Source: an uncultured archaeon (GTDB lineage: Archaea > Thermoplasmatota > Penumbrarchaeia > JASLWR01). Taken from it: 64,000 nt of DNA. The position numbers were made by a program, and so were the translations under genes. Below the pieces are notes generated by a model that worked only from the letters and a program-made list of their open reading frames with translations, was not told where the DNA came from and did no database searches. Of this stretch, positions 40,496 through 51,098 are shown piece by piece. The DNA is taken from contig CAYFHS010000007.1 in NCBI GenBank assembly GCA_964342815.1, positions 80,754 through 144,753 of the forward strand, given 5' to 3'. How positions within the stretch are numbered: the first letter of the stretch is position 1; every line of letters begins with the position of its first letter.

Positions 40496-40845
40496 ACGGT
40501 ATAATAAACTCATTAGATTAGCCTATACATCGAGGATCTGTTTCACGGGTCCACCACAGGTATAGGTAACATGAGGGCTTCCGTGGGGGTGTTTTATGGC
40601 GGCCCCAATGATTATATTCTATGTAGGACGGGATTTTGAATTCCGCAGAATAAGTCCTATTGGGCCTTCATAAATAATTCGGATATTTGGAATCTACCAG
40701 TACCCCCGATTTCCACCGGAAATCTATTGGCGGCGATTCCACGAACGTTGTCGAGCTTCAGACCCTTGACAATATATAGATATTCCATACGGCTTTTCTG
40801 AGGGAAAGTATTATAATATGGGTTCACAGATATTTTTGTGATTTT

Positions 40846-43470
40846 ATGAATCCCGAGAAACCCACGGAAGAGGAAATTTCCAGGTTTTTAAAAAAGATCG
40901 ATCACTGGAAAGAACTGGGTTTCGAAACAGACGGATTGGAACTGCTTTTAAGGAACGATTTTGCCAAGTTCAAGGAGAGAAAACTCCAGATACTTGCAGG
41001 GCAGATCTCGGAAATGGGTGCTTCAGAAATAAAAGATCGTGGAGAGGGGAATGAGGGACAGCAACCAAAAAGTGAAATTATTTCAAGCCCTGCGGTTGAT
41101 CAGGCTGATCTTCCCGTCGTTGAAAATGAATCATTTGATCGCTCTGATTCAATTGAACTCCCTCCAGAATCCATTCTATCCATAAGTACTGATGATATGG
41201 ATGATGAAGGGGGAAGGAATCAGAGACCGGATATGGGAAACGGAACTCATGGTATTTCTGATTTTACCGATACAGTCGAAGACAAGCAGTACGAAGAGGA
41301 GATGGAGGAGTCCGAAAAGGATTTCCTTCTGGTTGGTAAACCAAAACGCGAAAGCAGGACCTCTGAAGAGATTGTTGAGGGAGTAATCATACTGGATAAT
41401 GTGGAGGAACCAGAGGAGGACGACCGGTATAACTATTATGATATTCCACCCCCTATGCCCATCAAGCCAGAAACGAAAATAATACCCTCTCGAGATAGTA
41501 ACACCGGCCGAAAGCGCCGGGAGCCCGATCACCGGAAGAGAGATACGGTGATCGCCGTAGCTGTCATGCTTGTACTGGTCCTAGCCGGTATGGGTATCCT
41601 GAAACCCGAGCTCTTCGATTTGCCGGATATTGGCTGGTCCAACGGGAACTCTCCCGACCCGGGAAAACCCAAGATTACCATTACTGAACCGATGAACGAT
41701 GCAACGTTCCAGGCTGGCCAGCTCATCACGTTTGCAGCCAAGGTCGATTATCCCAACGGCAAGATCGATAGTTATGAATGGGATTTCGGAGACAGCAGTA
41801 ATGCAAAAGGCAGCTCCGTAACCCATTTCTACACTCCGACCAATGATCAACATTTTCAAGTGAAATTCTCGGTGAAGGTCGCCACGGGGGAAACCTATGA
41901 GGAGAAGGTCTCGGTGAGAGTGAAACCTATGACGGTGGTACTACCGGAGAATAAAGATGGGCTAGCCGCTTCGTATGATCTTTTATCCAATGTTTTGTTC
42001 CAGGATCCCGAAGGAATCAATATGTTCTCCGACGAGGCGAACGACATCTCGGTCACGGAAGTTGAACTCCAGGGGTTCGGTACGCAAGAAGTTGAATACA
42101 GTATCCCGGCTGAAGAGGTGTACGATGGATTCCTCCTAAAGCACTCAGTCTACTTGAGAGAAGTAAATATCGCTCAGAACCTCAAGGGAAACGCCACCAT
42201 CGCCTACTCCAATATTTTCGGGCAGAACACCGAGATTAAAACGCGCTTGTCCGGAAAAGCCGATATGGATAATTCCAACCATTACGACCTCACGACCCAC
42301 GAACCTGTACAAAGCGAGCTGAAGAGCTCTCTTGAGCTGTACTCCGATCTGGACGAGGACACACCGTACAGTATGGTAGACGATATAAGCAATTACCAGG
42401 ATTTTTCCGTACCATCCATGAACATCGATCTCACGGAGATCAGGGAAAACCGAACCTTTCGCGTGGGGGACGGAGAACCCGGCGGAGTTGGCAATCTCCA
42501 TTACATGTGGAGTATCAAGAAGATCGACAATGTAGCCGGAATTCCTACACTCCTTGTCGATGTAAAGATGGACCGGGAGCTTTTAAGCTCCTACGGGATA
42601 AGCGACCACACCATTCATCTGTGGATCGCTGACGGAAAAGCGCTTCCACTCAAATACGACATGATAATAGTGCAGCAGGACGGAGGGGAGTTATTCTCTC
42701 TCGCTCTTACCGGGACCATGAAGCTGTCCTCCTACTCAGCGGGAACCGAACTGATATCCGATCTCAACTGTCCCCATGAATTCAACGATACCAGCCATCA
42801 TGCCTCCCGGAGGGACGAGATAGAGCCCATAATGGAAGCTGATTTCAACGAGATTGATTATATTCCCTCCGCCGGAAATGATACCAATAATTTTAATGAT
42901 TTCACCATCGAAGATGCTATGCAGCGGGTAAGTACAGACAGTACCTTCATCAGTTATATAACGGAACACGACGAGGCCTTCAGTATCGATTCCAGGTGCA
43001 ATGTCACAGGCGGAAGAACTCTATGGAATATAACCTTCGGCGAGATGGGATCCAGCTCGGGGCTGAACTTTCTCGTGTATGACGATGGGGGGATATCCTC
43101 CAAAACGGTAAAGGTAACGGAGGTGAACCTCGATACGAGGAATATTGGAGAGGTATTGAGTTATGGCGGCAGTTTATATGTTTTCCAGGAGCATACCGGT
43201 ATCCGAGACATTTTCTTCCCGAATGGCCGGCTCGATCTCACCGAGACCATGGCAGGTGCCGGCACCCGACTCCCCACGCTGTCCGCGGAGGCGTTCTATA
43301 CCGGGAATGTCAACAATCTGGATTTCGGTTTTTTCCTTTCGGCAGGCTCGCAGACGGGTCAAGCCACAAATGAGAAGATAGCGGTTCTGAACGGGAGGAC
43401 GGGACAGATACTGTATATTATGGAACACATGGAAACCATGCCGTCACTGGACACGGTTCTGTTGATCTGA
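40846..43470 (+). CDS. Membrane protein with acidic cytoplasmic N-terminus, a single TM and an extracellular PKD domain
   Basis: TM VIAVAVMLVLVLAGMGIL; PKD motif SYEWDFGDSS...VTHFY. Confidence 0.75.
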   Translation: MNPEKPTEEEISRFLKKIDHWKELGFETDGLELLLRNDFAKFKERKLQILAGQISEMGASEIKDRGEGNEGQQPKSEIISSPAVDQADLPVVENESFDRSDSIELPPESILSISTDDMDDEGGRNQRPDMGNGTHGISDFTDTVEDKQYEEEMEESEKDFLLVGKPKRESRTSEEIVEGVIILDNVEEPEEDDRYNYYDIPPPMPIKPETKIIPSRDSNTGRKRREPDHRKRDTVIAVAVMLVLVLAGMGILKPELFDLPDIGWSNGNSPDPGKPKITITEPMNDATFQAGQLITFAAKVDYPNGKIDSYEWDFGDSSNAKGSSVTHFYTPTNDQHFQVKFSVKVATGETYEEKVSVRVKPMTVVLPENKDGLAASYDLLSNVLFQDPEGINMFSDEANDISVTEVELQGFGTQEVEYSIPAEEVYDGFLLKHSVYLREVNIAQNLKGNATIAYSNIFGQNTEIKTRLSGKADMDNSNHYDLTTHEPVQSELKSSLELYSDLDEDTPYSMVDDISNYQDFSVPSMNIDLTEIRENRTFRVGDGEPGGVGNLHYMWSIKKIDNVAGIPTLLVDVKMDRELLSSYGISDHTIHLWIADGKALPLKYDMIIVQQDGGELFSLALTGTMKLSSYSAGTELISDLNCPHEFNDTSHHASRRDEIEPIMEADFNEIDYIPSAGNDTNNFNDFTIEDAMQRVSTDSTFISYITEHDEAFSIDSRCNVTGGRTLWNITFGEMGSSSGLNFLVYDDGGISSKTVKVTEVNLDTRNIGEVLSYGGSLYVFQEHTGIRDIFFPNGRLDLTETMAGAGTRLPTLSAEAFYTGNVNNLDFGFFLSAGSQTGQATNEKIAVLNGRTGQILYIMEHMETMPSLDTVLLI

Positions 43471-43516
43471 GGACAGAGATTTCACTTATTTGCACCAAAA
43501 GTACAGGAGAGAATGG

Positions 43517-45256
43517 ATGACGAAAATCAATCTGGCCGAAAAATACCGCCCCCTAAGCCTTGAGGAAGTCATGGGCAATACCAAGATAAAGACTGAAATG
43601 AAGGCATGGGCCCAGACATGGAAACGGATCGCGCCAAGTTGGAAAGGTTTTAGTTCACTGGACAAGAACGACGAGCTTGTACGGGGCGAGAGGGGATTCC
43701 GCCCTGCGTTGGTCCTTGCGGGACTGCCTGGCATTGGAAAGACCACCTGCGCTCACGCCCTGGCAAGAGAAATGGGTTGGGATGTGATAGAGCTTAACGC
43801 CTCGGATGCCAGGAACCGAACTCGGATAAGGGATGTGGTGACGAGAGGAGCCTTGAACCAGGTATTGAGTTTCGATGAGGACGGATCATTCAAGAGCTAT
43901 AACGACGGTAACATGACCCTTATCATTCTTGATGAAGCAGACAATCTTTATGATCGGAGCAAGGATGGTGGGGATGATCAGGTAGAGGATTTTTCAGACC
44001 GGGGTGGGAAAGACGAGATCATCAAAGCGATACAATTGACCCGTCACCCGATACTATTGATCGTGAACGACTGGTACAAGCTCATGGGTCCAAGGGGAGG
44101 AGCGCTGCATTCGTGTACCAGGACCATTAGATTCCGCGAACCTACGAAGGACATGATCAAGAAGGTCCTGGTAAGGATATTGAGAAATGAGGGGATACGG
44201 GCACAACCGGCGGTAATAGATATAATCGCTGCAAGGGCCAAAGGAGATGTCCGTGGAGCAATCAATGACCTCGAGAGTCTTCTGATAGGTCGAAATGAGA
44301 TCACCATGGAAAATATATCAGCCTTCGACCGTCACAGGGACAAGAAAAAAAAGATCTTTGATCTGATGAAGACCATCCTGCTGGAACTGGACATGAACCG
44401 CGCGATAAAATCTCTCTGGGAAGCAGATGAGAGTATTGGAATGGTCCTTGAATGGGTTGCTGAGAATATACCTCGAGTCTATAACGACAAAGAGGAACTG
44501 GCCCTTGGAATGGAAATGATCTCGAAGGCGGATGTGTTCGAGGGGCGGATACTGCGGCATCAGTATTACCGATACAGGCGGTATATTGGTCAGCTTATTA
44601 CCGGCGGTGTGTGCATAGCCAAGAGACGAAGGCACGGATGGAGCAAGATGCAGTTCCCGGAGCACATCAAGAACATGTCCCGTACGAAAAGAAAACGGCG
44701 GGTGGAAAGGACCCTTGCACGAAAGATATCTAGGAAGCTCCATGTGTCCACGGGATATGCAATTTCCGTTTTCGTACCCTACTGGAGGATAATGGCAAAG
44801 TCGGATAACCGACTGGTGTTCAATACTATATACGAAATGGGTCTCGATAGCTACGAGTCCGCTGCATTGATGGACCGGGATAACGTCAGATGGCTTTGGA
44901 AGCAGTACCTCGAATACCAGAAGAATCGAATTCGTGATTCAATTGGGGGCGGTGTAAAGGCCGACGCCGACGAAGCCACCAAGCTCAAAAAAATCTCCTC
45001 GGTCATGAAAGATGATGAAGAATCACCACAGTTGGAAGTTCAGCGAAAAATTCGTAAAAACCATGATCCTGCAGTGTCATTAATTCCTGAAAGCCCGGGT
45101 TCCTCCGAACCCGTTTCTATCAAAATCCCCGATCTGTCCGAACCCCCTACTCTCGAAGTGGCTGATCCCGCCAAACCGGAAAGCGGCACACGTGAGAAGA
45201 AAAAGGATAAAAAAGAGAAAAAAGACGCACAAATTTCTCTGGACAGCTTTTTCTAG
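43517..45256 (+). CDS. rfcL: Replication factor C large subunit
   Basis: LAEKYRP, GLPGIGKTT, IELNASDAR, IILDEAD, GDVRGAINDL, WVAENIP; start placed at ATG 43517. Confidence 0.92.
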   Translation: MTKINLAEKYRPLSLEEVMGNTKIKTEMKAWAQTWKRIAPSWKGFSSLDKNDELVRGERGFRPALVLAGLPGIGKTTCAHALAREMGWDVIELNASDARNRTRIRDVVTRGALNQVLSFDEDGSFKSYNDGNMTLIILDEADNLYDRSKDGGDDQVEDFSDRGGKDEIIKAIQLTRHPILLIVNDWYKLMGPRGGALHSCTRTIRFREPTKDMIKKVLVRILRNEGIRAQPAVIDIIAARAKGDVRGAINDLESLLIGRNEITMENISAFDRHRDKKKKIFDLMKTILLELDMNRAIKSLWEADESIGMVLEWVAENIPRVYNDKEELALGMEMISKADVFEGRILRHQYYRYRRYIGQLITGGVCIAKRRRHGWSKMQFPEHIKNMSRTKRKRRVERTLARKISRKLHVSTGYAISVFVPYWRIMAKSDNRLVFNTIYEMGLDSYESAALMDRDNVRWLWKQYLEYQKNRIRDSIGGGVKADADEATKLKKISSVMKDDEESPQLEVQRKIRKNHDPAVSLIPESPGSSEPVSIKIPDLSEPPTLEVADPAKPESGTREKKKDKKEKKDAQISLDSFF

Positions 45257-46911
45257 TCTTTTTTCAACTTGGAAACTAACACGATCAGTATGAGGACTGC
45301 CGCCACTATTACAGCAGCGACTATCATTCCCGTGCTTAATTCGCCTTCCGCCGCAGAAGGATCCGCCCCAAAATGGGGTATTTCCTCTCCGTGGCTCCAG
45401 CTAATGGTGGTCCCGTTGATTTCCGCGGTAATTTCAATTCCCGCAGGGAGGTTTGCAGCAGAGGTCAATTCGAAGGCGGCGTATCCCAAACCGTCCGTTT
45501 TCGCGTTATAAACAGTCCCATTCAGTGAGAAGGCGACCCCGACATCTGATAACGGTTTCCCTTCCAAATTCGTTATAGGCCCTATGTCTATCCTCCTTAG
45601 AAGACGTAGGGTTCCAAGCGAACTGTCTGAATTCGTTATGGCGATGGTCCGGGTTTGAGTTGAGTATCCTTCCAGGCTTAATGTAAGTGTGTAGTTTCCC
45701 TCCGAAAGGCCGTCCATGGTGAAATTCCCGCTGCTTGCATTCACTGTTAGCTCGGAATATCCAATTTTAACCTTGGTGGTAGTTGGCAGGACCCTGCCCG
45801 TGATCTTGTAAAGAATGATCTGCGTTATCATGGTGAAATTTATTTCCCTGAGCTCGATGGAAAATGAAAGTACGGTTGGAGTATCCACATACCCCTCTGC
45901 GCTTGCAACAACTGTCCAGTTACCCGGTGGAATGCCTTCCAGCATATAGTATCCGGTAGAATTGCTGCGTGCCGTGAGATTTTTATATTCCCTTTGCGTT
46001 TCATTTGTGACGTTCCCGGTGATATTATCTACAATGACCGTGTCCGTGTAGGTTACAACAACAATTGTTGCATCGGCCACGGGATCTCCGTTTACGGAAA
46101 GTATTAATCCTCCGAGCTCCCCGGTTGTGTCGGGAGGTATTTCCGGTACCCACGCAACCAGCGTGAATTTCTTTTCAACATTGTTGTCGATGGTCAGCAG
46201 CTTAAATTTGAATTTTTCCGAATCGAAGAAACCGGTGGCATTCACTTTTACGAAGTACGGCTCTTCCACTATTGGCAGGGTTTGGGTGTAATGCCCAGTA
46301 ATGTTTGCAGTGGTATTGTAATATTTGGTAGCATTAGTGTTATTGTCGTAGTAATGAATGAGGATATCAGCTTCTGGTACTGGCAAGCTATCGTTACCAA
46401 GGCCCCATGTGACCTGACCGTAAAGCTTACCCTCATCGGGAACCGGTAGAATAACATTGAATCCGGTTCCGTTCTCAACTATGGATTCATTAGCAATGGC
46501 ATCGGTAACGTTGAAAGTATATGTGTAGTTGCCGGGAGTGTCGAAACTAGACAGGTACCAGTAAGTAACACCTAAACTGGAATTGACCGCCGGGTCGAAA
46601 TTCATGATGTGGTAGCTGCCGCCACCGCTGATTCCCCTTGTTACATTCGTCATGTCGAACTTTATCCGTACGTCTCCGACGTCACCGTCGGCATCGGTGT
46701 AGGTGACTGTGAAATTGATCAGGTCTCCGGTCATGATAACGTCCTCGAGTACCGTGGTATCGTTCAATGTGGGCGCATCCGCCCTTGTAGAATTTTCGTC
46801 GTAACCGCCCACGGGGCTACCTTGGGAGCATAATATCAGTACCGGCAGAATCAGCGAAAGAACCGCAAGCGTCGTTAAGAATTTTCCATTATTCATTGTC
46901 ATGTTACACAC
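45253..46911 (-). CDS. Secreted, membrane-anchored protein with carboxypeptidase-regulatory-like (Ig) domains
   Basis: Signal peptide; NSTGYYMLEGIPPGNWTVVASAEGY and GNFTMDGLSEGNYTLTLSLEGY; C-terminal TM; many N-x-S/T sequons. Confidence 0.75.
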   Translation of the reverse strand: MCNMTMNNGKFLTTLAVLSLILPVLILCSQGSPVGGYDENSTRADAPTLNDTTVLEDVIMTGDLINFTVTYTDADGDVGDVRIKFDMTNVTRGISGGGSYHIMNFDPAVNSSLGVTYWYLSSFDTPGNYTYTFNVTDAIANESIVENGTGFNVILPVPDEGKLYGQVTWGLGNDSLPVPEADILIHYYDNNTNATKYYNTTANITGHYTQTLPIVEEPYFVKVNATGFFDSEKFKFKLLTIDNNVEKKFTLVAWVPEIPPDTTGELGGLILSVNGDPVADATIVVVTYTDTVIVDNITGNVTNETQREYKNLTARSNSTGYYMLEGIPPGNWTVVASAEGYVDTPTVLSFSIELREINFTMITQIILYKITGRVLPTTTKVKIGYSELTVNASSGNFTMDGLSEGNYTLTLSLEGYSTQTRTIAITNSDSSLGTLRLLRRIDIGPITNLEGKPLSDVGVAFSLNGTVYNAKTDGLGYAAFELTSAANLPAGIEITAEINGTTISWSHGEEIPHFGADPSAAEGELSTGMIVAAVIVAAVLILIVLVSKLKKD

Positions 46912-47037
46912 CTTTTAGCTATTTTGTTGCTAAACAATAGAATCCATATTTATGTTTTTTCAGCGGTTTTAAAAAAATTTTTCGGGCTTTTTATTATTAT
47001 TTTAGGCTCATTTAAAGTAAATAAAAATAAGTCTATA

Positions 47038-47535
47038 TTAGTAGTGTGAAACGTCCATCCCAGCCGCCTCCCTCAATACCAGTAATTCCATGCGCTTCCC
47101 AGCCAGGTCCACAGGAGGGCCATGACCGATCCCATCACACAATGTGCTAACTAAAAGCTTTTCCGGCGGGTGCAGGTAAAAAGGGTATGATCTGCACGTA
47201 AAAGACCTGTCAGGGTAAATATTGCATTTGTTTCCTCCTTCATCGTAGCAGGGACATTTCCCGTTCACGTCGAAAAAAGGATAATAATCCCCGGTGCTTT
47301 CGTCGAATATCACGCTGTCGATAGGTAAATGATCCTTCAAACGCCGAAATTCCTTCCAGGAAAGCTCTATCTGCCAGTCCCGGGTGCAGCACTTCCCGCA
47401 TCTAAGGCAGGTCCATCTCATACCGGGGGTAACGGGTATGAGTTCATGGGGTATCTCCCACCAGTTCCCGCTTTCATGCAGTACCTGAAATTCACGGCCG
47501 TGGATATGTATTACATTTTTACAATTAGAGGTCAT
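47038..47535 (-). CDS. YkgJ-family (CxxCxxCC) Fe-S/Zn cluster protein
   Basis: WTCLRCGKCC, CPCY, CNIYPDRSFTCRSYPF; start ATG 47535 behind SD AAGGAGG. Confidence 0.85.
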   Translation of the reverse strand: MTSNCKNVIHIHGREFQVLHESGNWWEIPHELIPVTPGMRWTCLRCGKCCTRDWQIELSWKEFRRLKDHLPIDSVIFDESTGDYYPFFDVNGKCPCYDEGGNKCNIYPDRSFTCRSYPFYLHPPEKLLVSTLCDGIGHGPPVDLAGKRMELLVLREAAGMDVSHY

Positions 47536-47733
47536 TTCGTATCCTCCTTGGGATTGGGGAAAGCCTGCAGGCCGTCCAATTATGAGGGGAATAAAAAACA
47601 ATTCAAGTATACTAACAACACATTGTATATAGTATATGAAGTAATTTCTAATAACTCAATTTTCAGTATAGATTGTCGGCATTAGATGCTAATGCAAATC
47701 GTCATTAATGATGATCAGATACAATTTTAAACG

Positions 47734-49269
47734 GTGAAATACTTGAAATATTTGAAAATAAAGTTACTTGATATTGAAGTTGGAAATACACCTATTGTAG
47801 TCCTACATAAAAAAGATGCAGATGATTTGGGTGTTCATATCTCAGATCGAATAAAAATACAGGATGGGAAGTGCACACATACAGCTATTGTTGATATAAC
47901 TGACACGTTTCTAATACCTGGCGATATTGGTCTTTTTAAAACTCTCTCAAAAACAATCTGTGCCGAAACAGGTACAAAAGTTAAAGTTATTCCCACAAGA
48001 AAGCCTCCTTCTATTAGATTCATACGGAAAAAGATGGATGGCCAAATCCTTACCGAGAACGAAATACAAAGAATTGTACAAGATATTGTAAATAATGATC
48101 TATCTCAGGTAGAACTCTCTGCATTTATTACATCGGTGTACGTTCGCGGACTTAATACTCCTGAAATCGTGTCGCTTACAAAAAATATTGTTACACACGG
48201 ACAAACACTTGATCTGGATGTTCGGCCGATAATCGATAAGCATTGTATAGGAGGTATTGCAGGAAACAGAACTACCCTTATAGTTGTACCCATTATCGCC
48301 GCTGCTGGGCTTTATATTCCTAAGACCAGTTCCCGGGCTATTACTTCACCTGCTGGTACAATTGATTCTATGGAAGTTCTTGCTCCAATAAATTTTAACA
48401 TCGAAGAAATGCGAGATATAGTAATGAAAGCTCATGGGTGTATTGTTTGGGGAGGGGGAGTAAATCTTGCTTCTGCGGACGATAAATTAATTAAAATAAG
48501 ATATCCTCTTAAAATCGACCCTGAGCCTTTATTGTTGGCTAGTATTTTGGCTAAAAAGAAAGCAGTGGGGGCTAATAAAGTCCTCATTGATATCCCCGTT
48601 GGTCACGGTTCAAAAATAAAGGAGACGAAGTATGCAAAAGAATTAGCAGCAAATTTTATTAAAATTGGAAATAAAATTGATATTGATGTTGAATGCGCTA
48701 TTACTCCCGGGGATCGACCTATAGGAAAAGGTATAGGGCCTCAACTTGAGGCCCGAGATGCAATACAGATATTGCATGGCAAGGGTCCCTCAGACCTCCG
48801 AATGAAATCACTTTCTCTTGCAGGAATTCTTCTTGAGATGGGTGGTATTGCCGAGAAAGGAAAAGGATTTAGAATTGCTGAGAATATACTTAACAATGGA
48901 AAGGCATTGGAGGCAATGCAATATATCATTGAACTTCAAGGGGGGGATCCAAGACATCTGGATATTGAACCTCAATCGCTAAACTTTTCAGTTAATTCTC
49001 CTCATAAAGGTAGAATTTATGATATCGACAATAACGCGGTAATAAAAATCGCCAGGGCAGCAGGAGCTCCTGTCGATAAGTATGCAGGTCTTGATTTCCA
49101 TGTTTCGAGAGGAGCCTTGGTGAAAAAGGGAGAACCGTTATTCTCAATCAATGCTGAAAAGGAATACAAACTTGACGCAGCTATCGAGGCTGTAAAAAAA
49201 TGGAAACCCATTATATATGAGAAAATGATCCTTGATAGATATTCTGGCTCAGAAATATTACTCGAATAA
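47734..49269 (+). CDS. AMP phosphorylase (thymidine phosphorylase family)
   Basis: DKHCIGGIAGNRT, KTSSRAITSPAGT, ASADDKLI, IGKGIGPQLEA; N-terminal extension typical of archaeal AMP phosphorylase. Confidence 0.92.
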   Translation: MKYLKYLKIKLLDIEVGNTPIVVLHKKDADDLGVHISDRIKIQDGKCTHTAIVDITDTFLIPGDIGLFKTLSKTICAETGTKVKVIPTRKPPSIRFIRKKMDGQILTENEIQRIVQDIVNNDLSQVELSAFITSVYVRGLNTPEIVSLTKNIVTHGQTLDLDVRPIIDKHCIGGIAGNRTTLIVVPIIAAAGLYIPKTSSRAITSPAGTIDSMEVLAPINFNIEEMRDIVMKAHGCIVWGGGVNLASADDKLIKIRYPLKIDPEPLLLASILAKKKAVGANKVLIDIPVGHGSKIKETKYAKELAANFIKIGNKIDIDVECAITPGDRPIGKGIGPQLEARDAIQILHGKGPSDLRMKSLSLAGILLEMGGIAEKGKGFRIAENILNNGKALEAMQYIIELQGGDPRHLDIEPQSLNFSVNSPHKGRIYDIDNNAVIKIARAAGAPVDKYAGLDFHVSRGALVKKGEPLFSINAEKEYKLDAAIEAVKKWKPIIYEKMILDRYSGSEILLE

Positions 49270-49477
49270 ACCGTTAAAAATATTAGTCTCTAAAATATTG
49301 CTCCCTGAGTTCTTTTAACGTTGAATTCCTTCAAATTACCACCTGAAACTTTTTGTGGCGTGTCTGCGCTGGCAAGGGCGGGCCAAAAAGTTTTAGCATT
49401 TCCAAAAAGCCCGCTCCTACCTGCTCGGCACGCAATATCGTAATTATATCAGCAGAAAGGTATGGGAAGTGTTACCC

Positions 49478-50779
49478 CTATTCTACCGAGTCATCTGCTG
49501 GAACATACCCCCATTTATCCAAAGCCTTTTTCAGCTCATTATGGTCTTCCGCGTAGCTGTCGAGGGATATTCCCTGGTACACCGCGTCAACTGCCTGGGA
49601 CATTGCTCTTGCGCCCCCCAGCACACCGTCAGGGTGACCTGCCACACCGCCGCCCGCCTGTATCTGCACGTCCATTCCCGATATCGACACCAGTTTCTCC
49701 ACCAGACCCGGATGCATCCCGCCCGAGCAAACTGGCATAACATTCTTGAGGCCCATATCGTTTATGAGTATGTTGCGGGATGCCATGTCCTCCTCAGGAT
49801 CACCGTGCATCTTACCCACTCCGAAGGTCCCGATATGGAGCCCGTCGCCGCCGGAAAGTCGTGAAAGTAATGAAACCACTTCCATGGCCATACCGTGGTA
49901 CGGCGAGCGGGTGAAAGCCCCATGGAAGGTCCGATGAACGTGAAGAGGCACACCCAGGTCAGCTTCGGCAAGCATCTGGAGCGCGCTGTAGCCGGATGTG
50001 AGCACATCCACCATTATCTGGCTCGCCCCGTTGTCAACAGCTCTCTCAGCTATCTCTACTATGTCCTTTACATAGGTTGAAACATTCAGGGCGTGCACTA
50101 TTCGATGGCCTGTCTCATCCCAAACCCTGTCGATGGCTTCAGCAATGGCGGGGACCCGTTCATCGATCCTGTTGAAGCTCTGGTCCACAAGCGTTTCGTC
50201 GTCCTTCGAGTTTGTGAGACCTCCCATACCGCATTTGTAAACGTACTCGGCGGTTTGCTTCGGATCGAGACCAATTTTCGGTTTCACTATGGTACCAACT
50301 AGGGGCCGGTCCGGACGGGCCAGCACCTTCCGGAGACCCTTTATGCCGAAATTTGGGCCCGGAAATTTCCTAATAACACTGTCGGGGAAAAGGCAACTCA
50401 ACAATCGTACGTTCTTTAGCTCCAGCAGGCCGTAGAGATTGCCGGCGATCACCGAGAGTATCTGTGGAATATGACCTATTTCTATGGAGAATTCCTCCAA
50501 GGGGTAATTCACGGTTGTTCGGGCTACATTTAGCAGCTGCCCTTCCACTGTTTTCTTCCCAAGGTCCTCAAGCTCGGTCACCCTTGCAGCCAGTCTTTCG
50601 AATATGTCGTCTGACAGGGTGGATGCCTTGGTCCAGGTCCCGGTGGACTGCTCGGCCGCAATGGCGTTAGCGGCATTGACTATGGGAAGATCGGTCTCCA
50701 GATAGTACTGGCACGTTATGTACTGGCTTTGATCGAGTTCCTCCCCGAGGCTCAGATATTTTAGATCACCGTATCGCAT
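49478..50779 (-). CDS. rbcL: Archaeal form III RuBisCO large subunit
   Basis: EQSTGTWT, GNLYG, KPKIG, KDDE, HVHR, HIGT..GK (loop 6 Lys), SGG and QAGGG; the catalytic residue set is present. Confidence 0.9.
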   Translation of the reverse strand: MRYGDLKYLSLGEELDQSQYITCQYYLETDLPIVNAANAIAAEQSTGTWTKASTLSDDIFERLAARVTELEDLGKKTVEGQLLNVARTTVNYPLEEFSIEIGHIPQILSVIAGNLYGLLELKNVRLLSCLFPDSVIRKFPGPNFGIKGLRKVLARPDRPLVGTIVKPKIGLDPKQTAEYVYKCGMGGLTNSKDDETLVDQSFNRIDERVPAIAEAIDRVWDETGHRIVHALNVSTYVKDIVEIAERAVDNGASQIMVDVLTSGYSALQMLAEADLGVPLHVHRTFHGAFTRSPYHGMAMEVVSLLSRLSGGDGLHIGTFGVGKMHGDPEEDMASRNILINDMGLKNVMPVCSGGMHPGLVEKLVSISGMDVQIQAGGGVAGHPDGVLGGARAMSQAVDAVYQGISLDSYAEDHNELKKALDKWGYVPADDSVE

Positions 50780-51098
50780 ATTTTACTCCTCCTGGCCCGG
50801 ATAATCGGGTCATATTTCCAGTTATCCGGCCGATGATAATAAGCTGTATGAAGCATAATCAATCGCTCGTATTTGAAATATTGCATGGTGTATTCTTCCA
50901 CGCCCATTAACAGCTGACAATCTTTTCTCGTCCGCCGCGGGGTGGATTTTCATTTAAAAAGTATAAGCTTTTTTCTGATTTATCGGAAAAAACCTCTGTG
51001 ATTTAAGAATATCCTTAAGTACTTATATAGTAATTATCGGGGAACGCTCGATATATGAATAATTCACTTTTGATCTTTACCAAGGTGAGACTGCTAGC

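Noticed and set aside
43517-45256. Missing adjacent RFC small subunit as an anomaly
   Set aside because: rfcS and rfcL are frequently unlinked in archaea, so this is not informative.
49478-50779. RuBisCO-like protein (form IV)
   Set aside because: The catalytic set, including the loop-6 Lys, HxHR and GN, is present, and AMP phosphorylase is adjacent.
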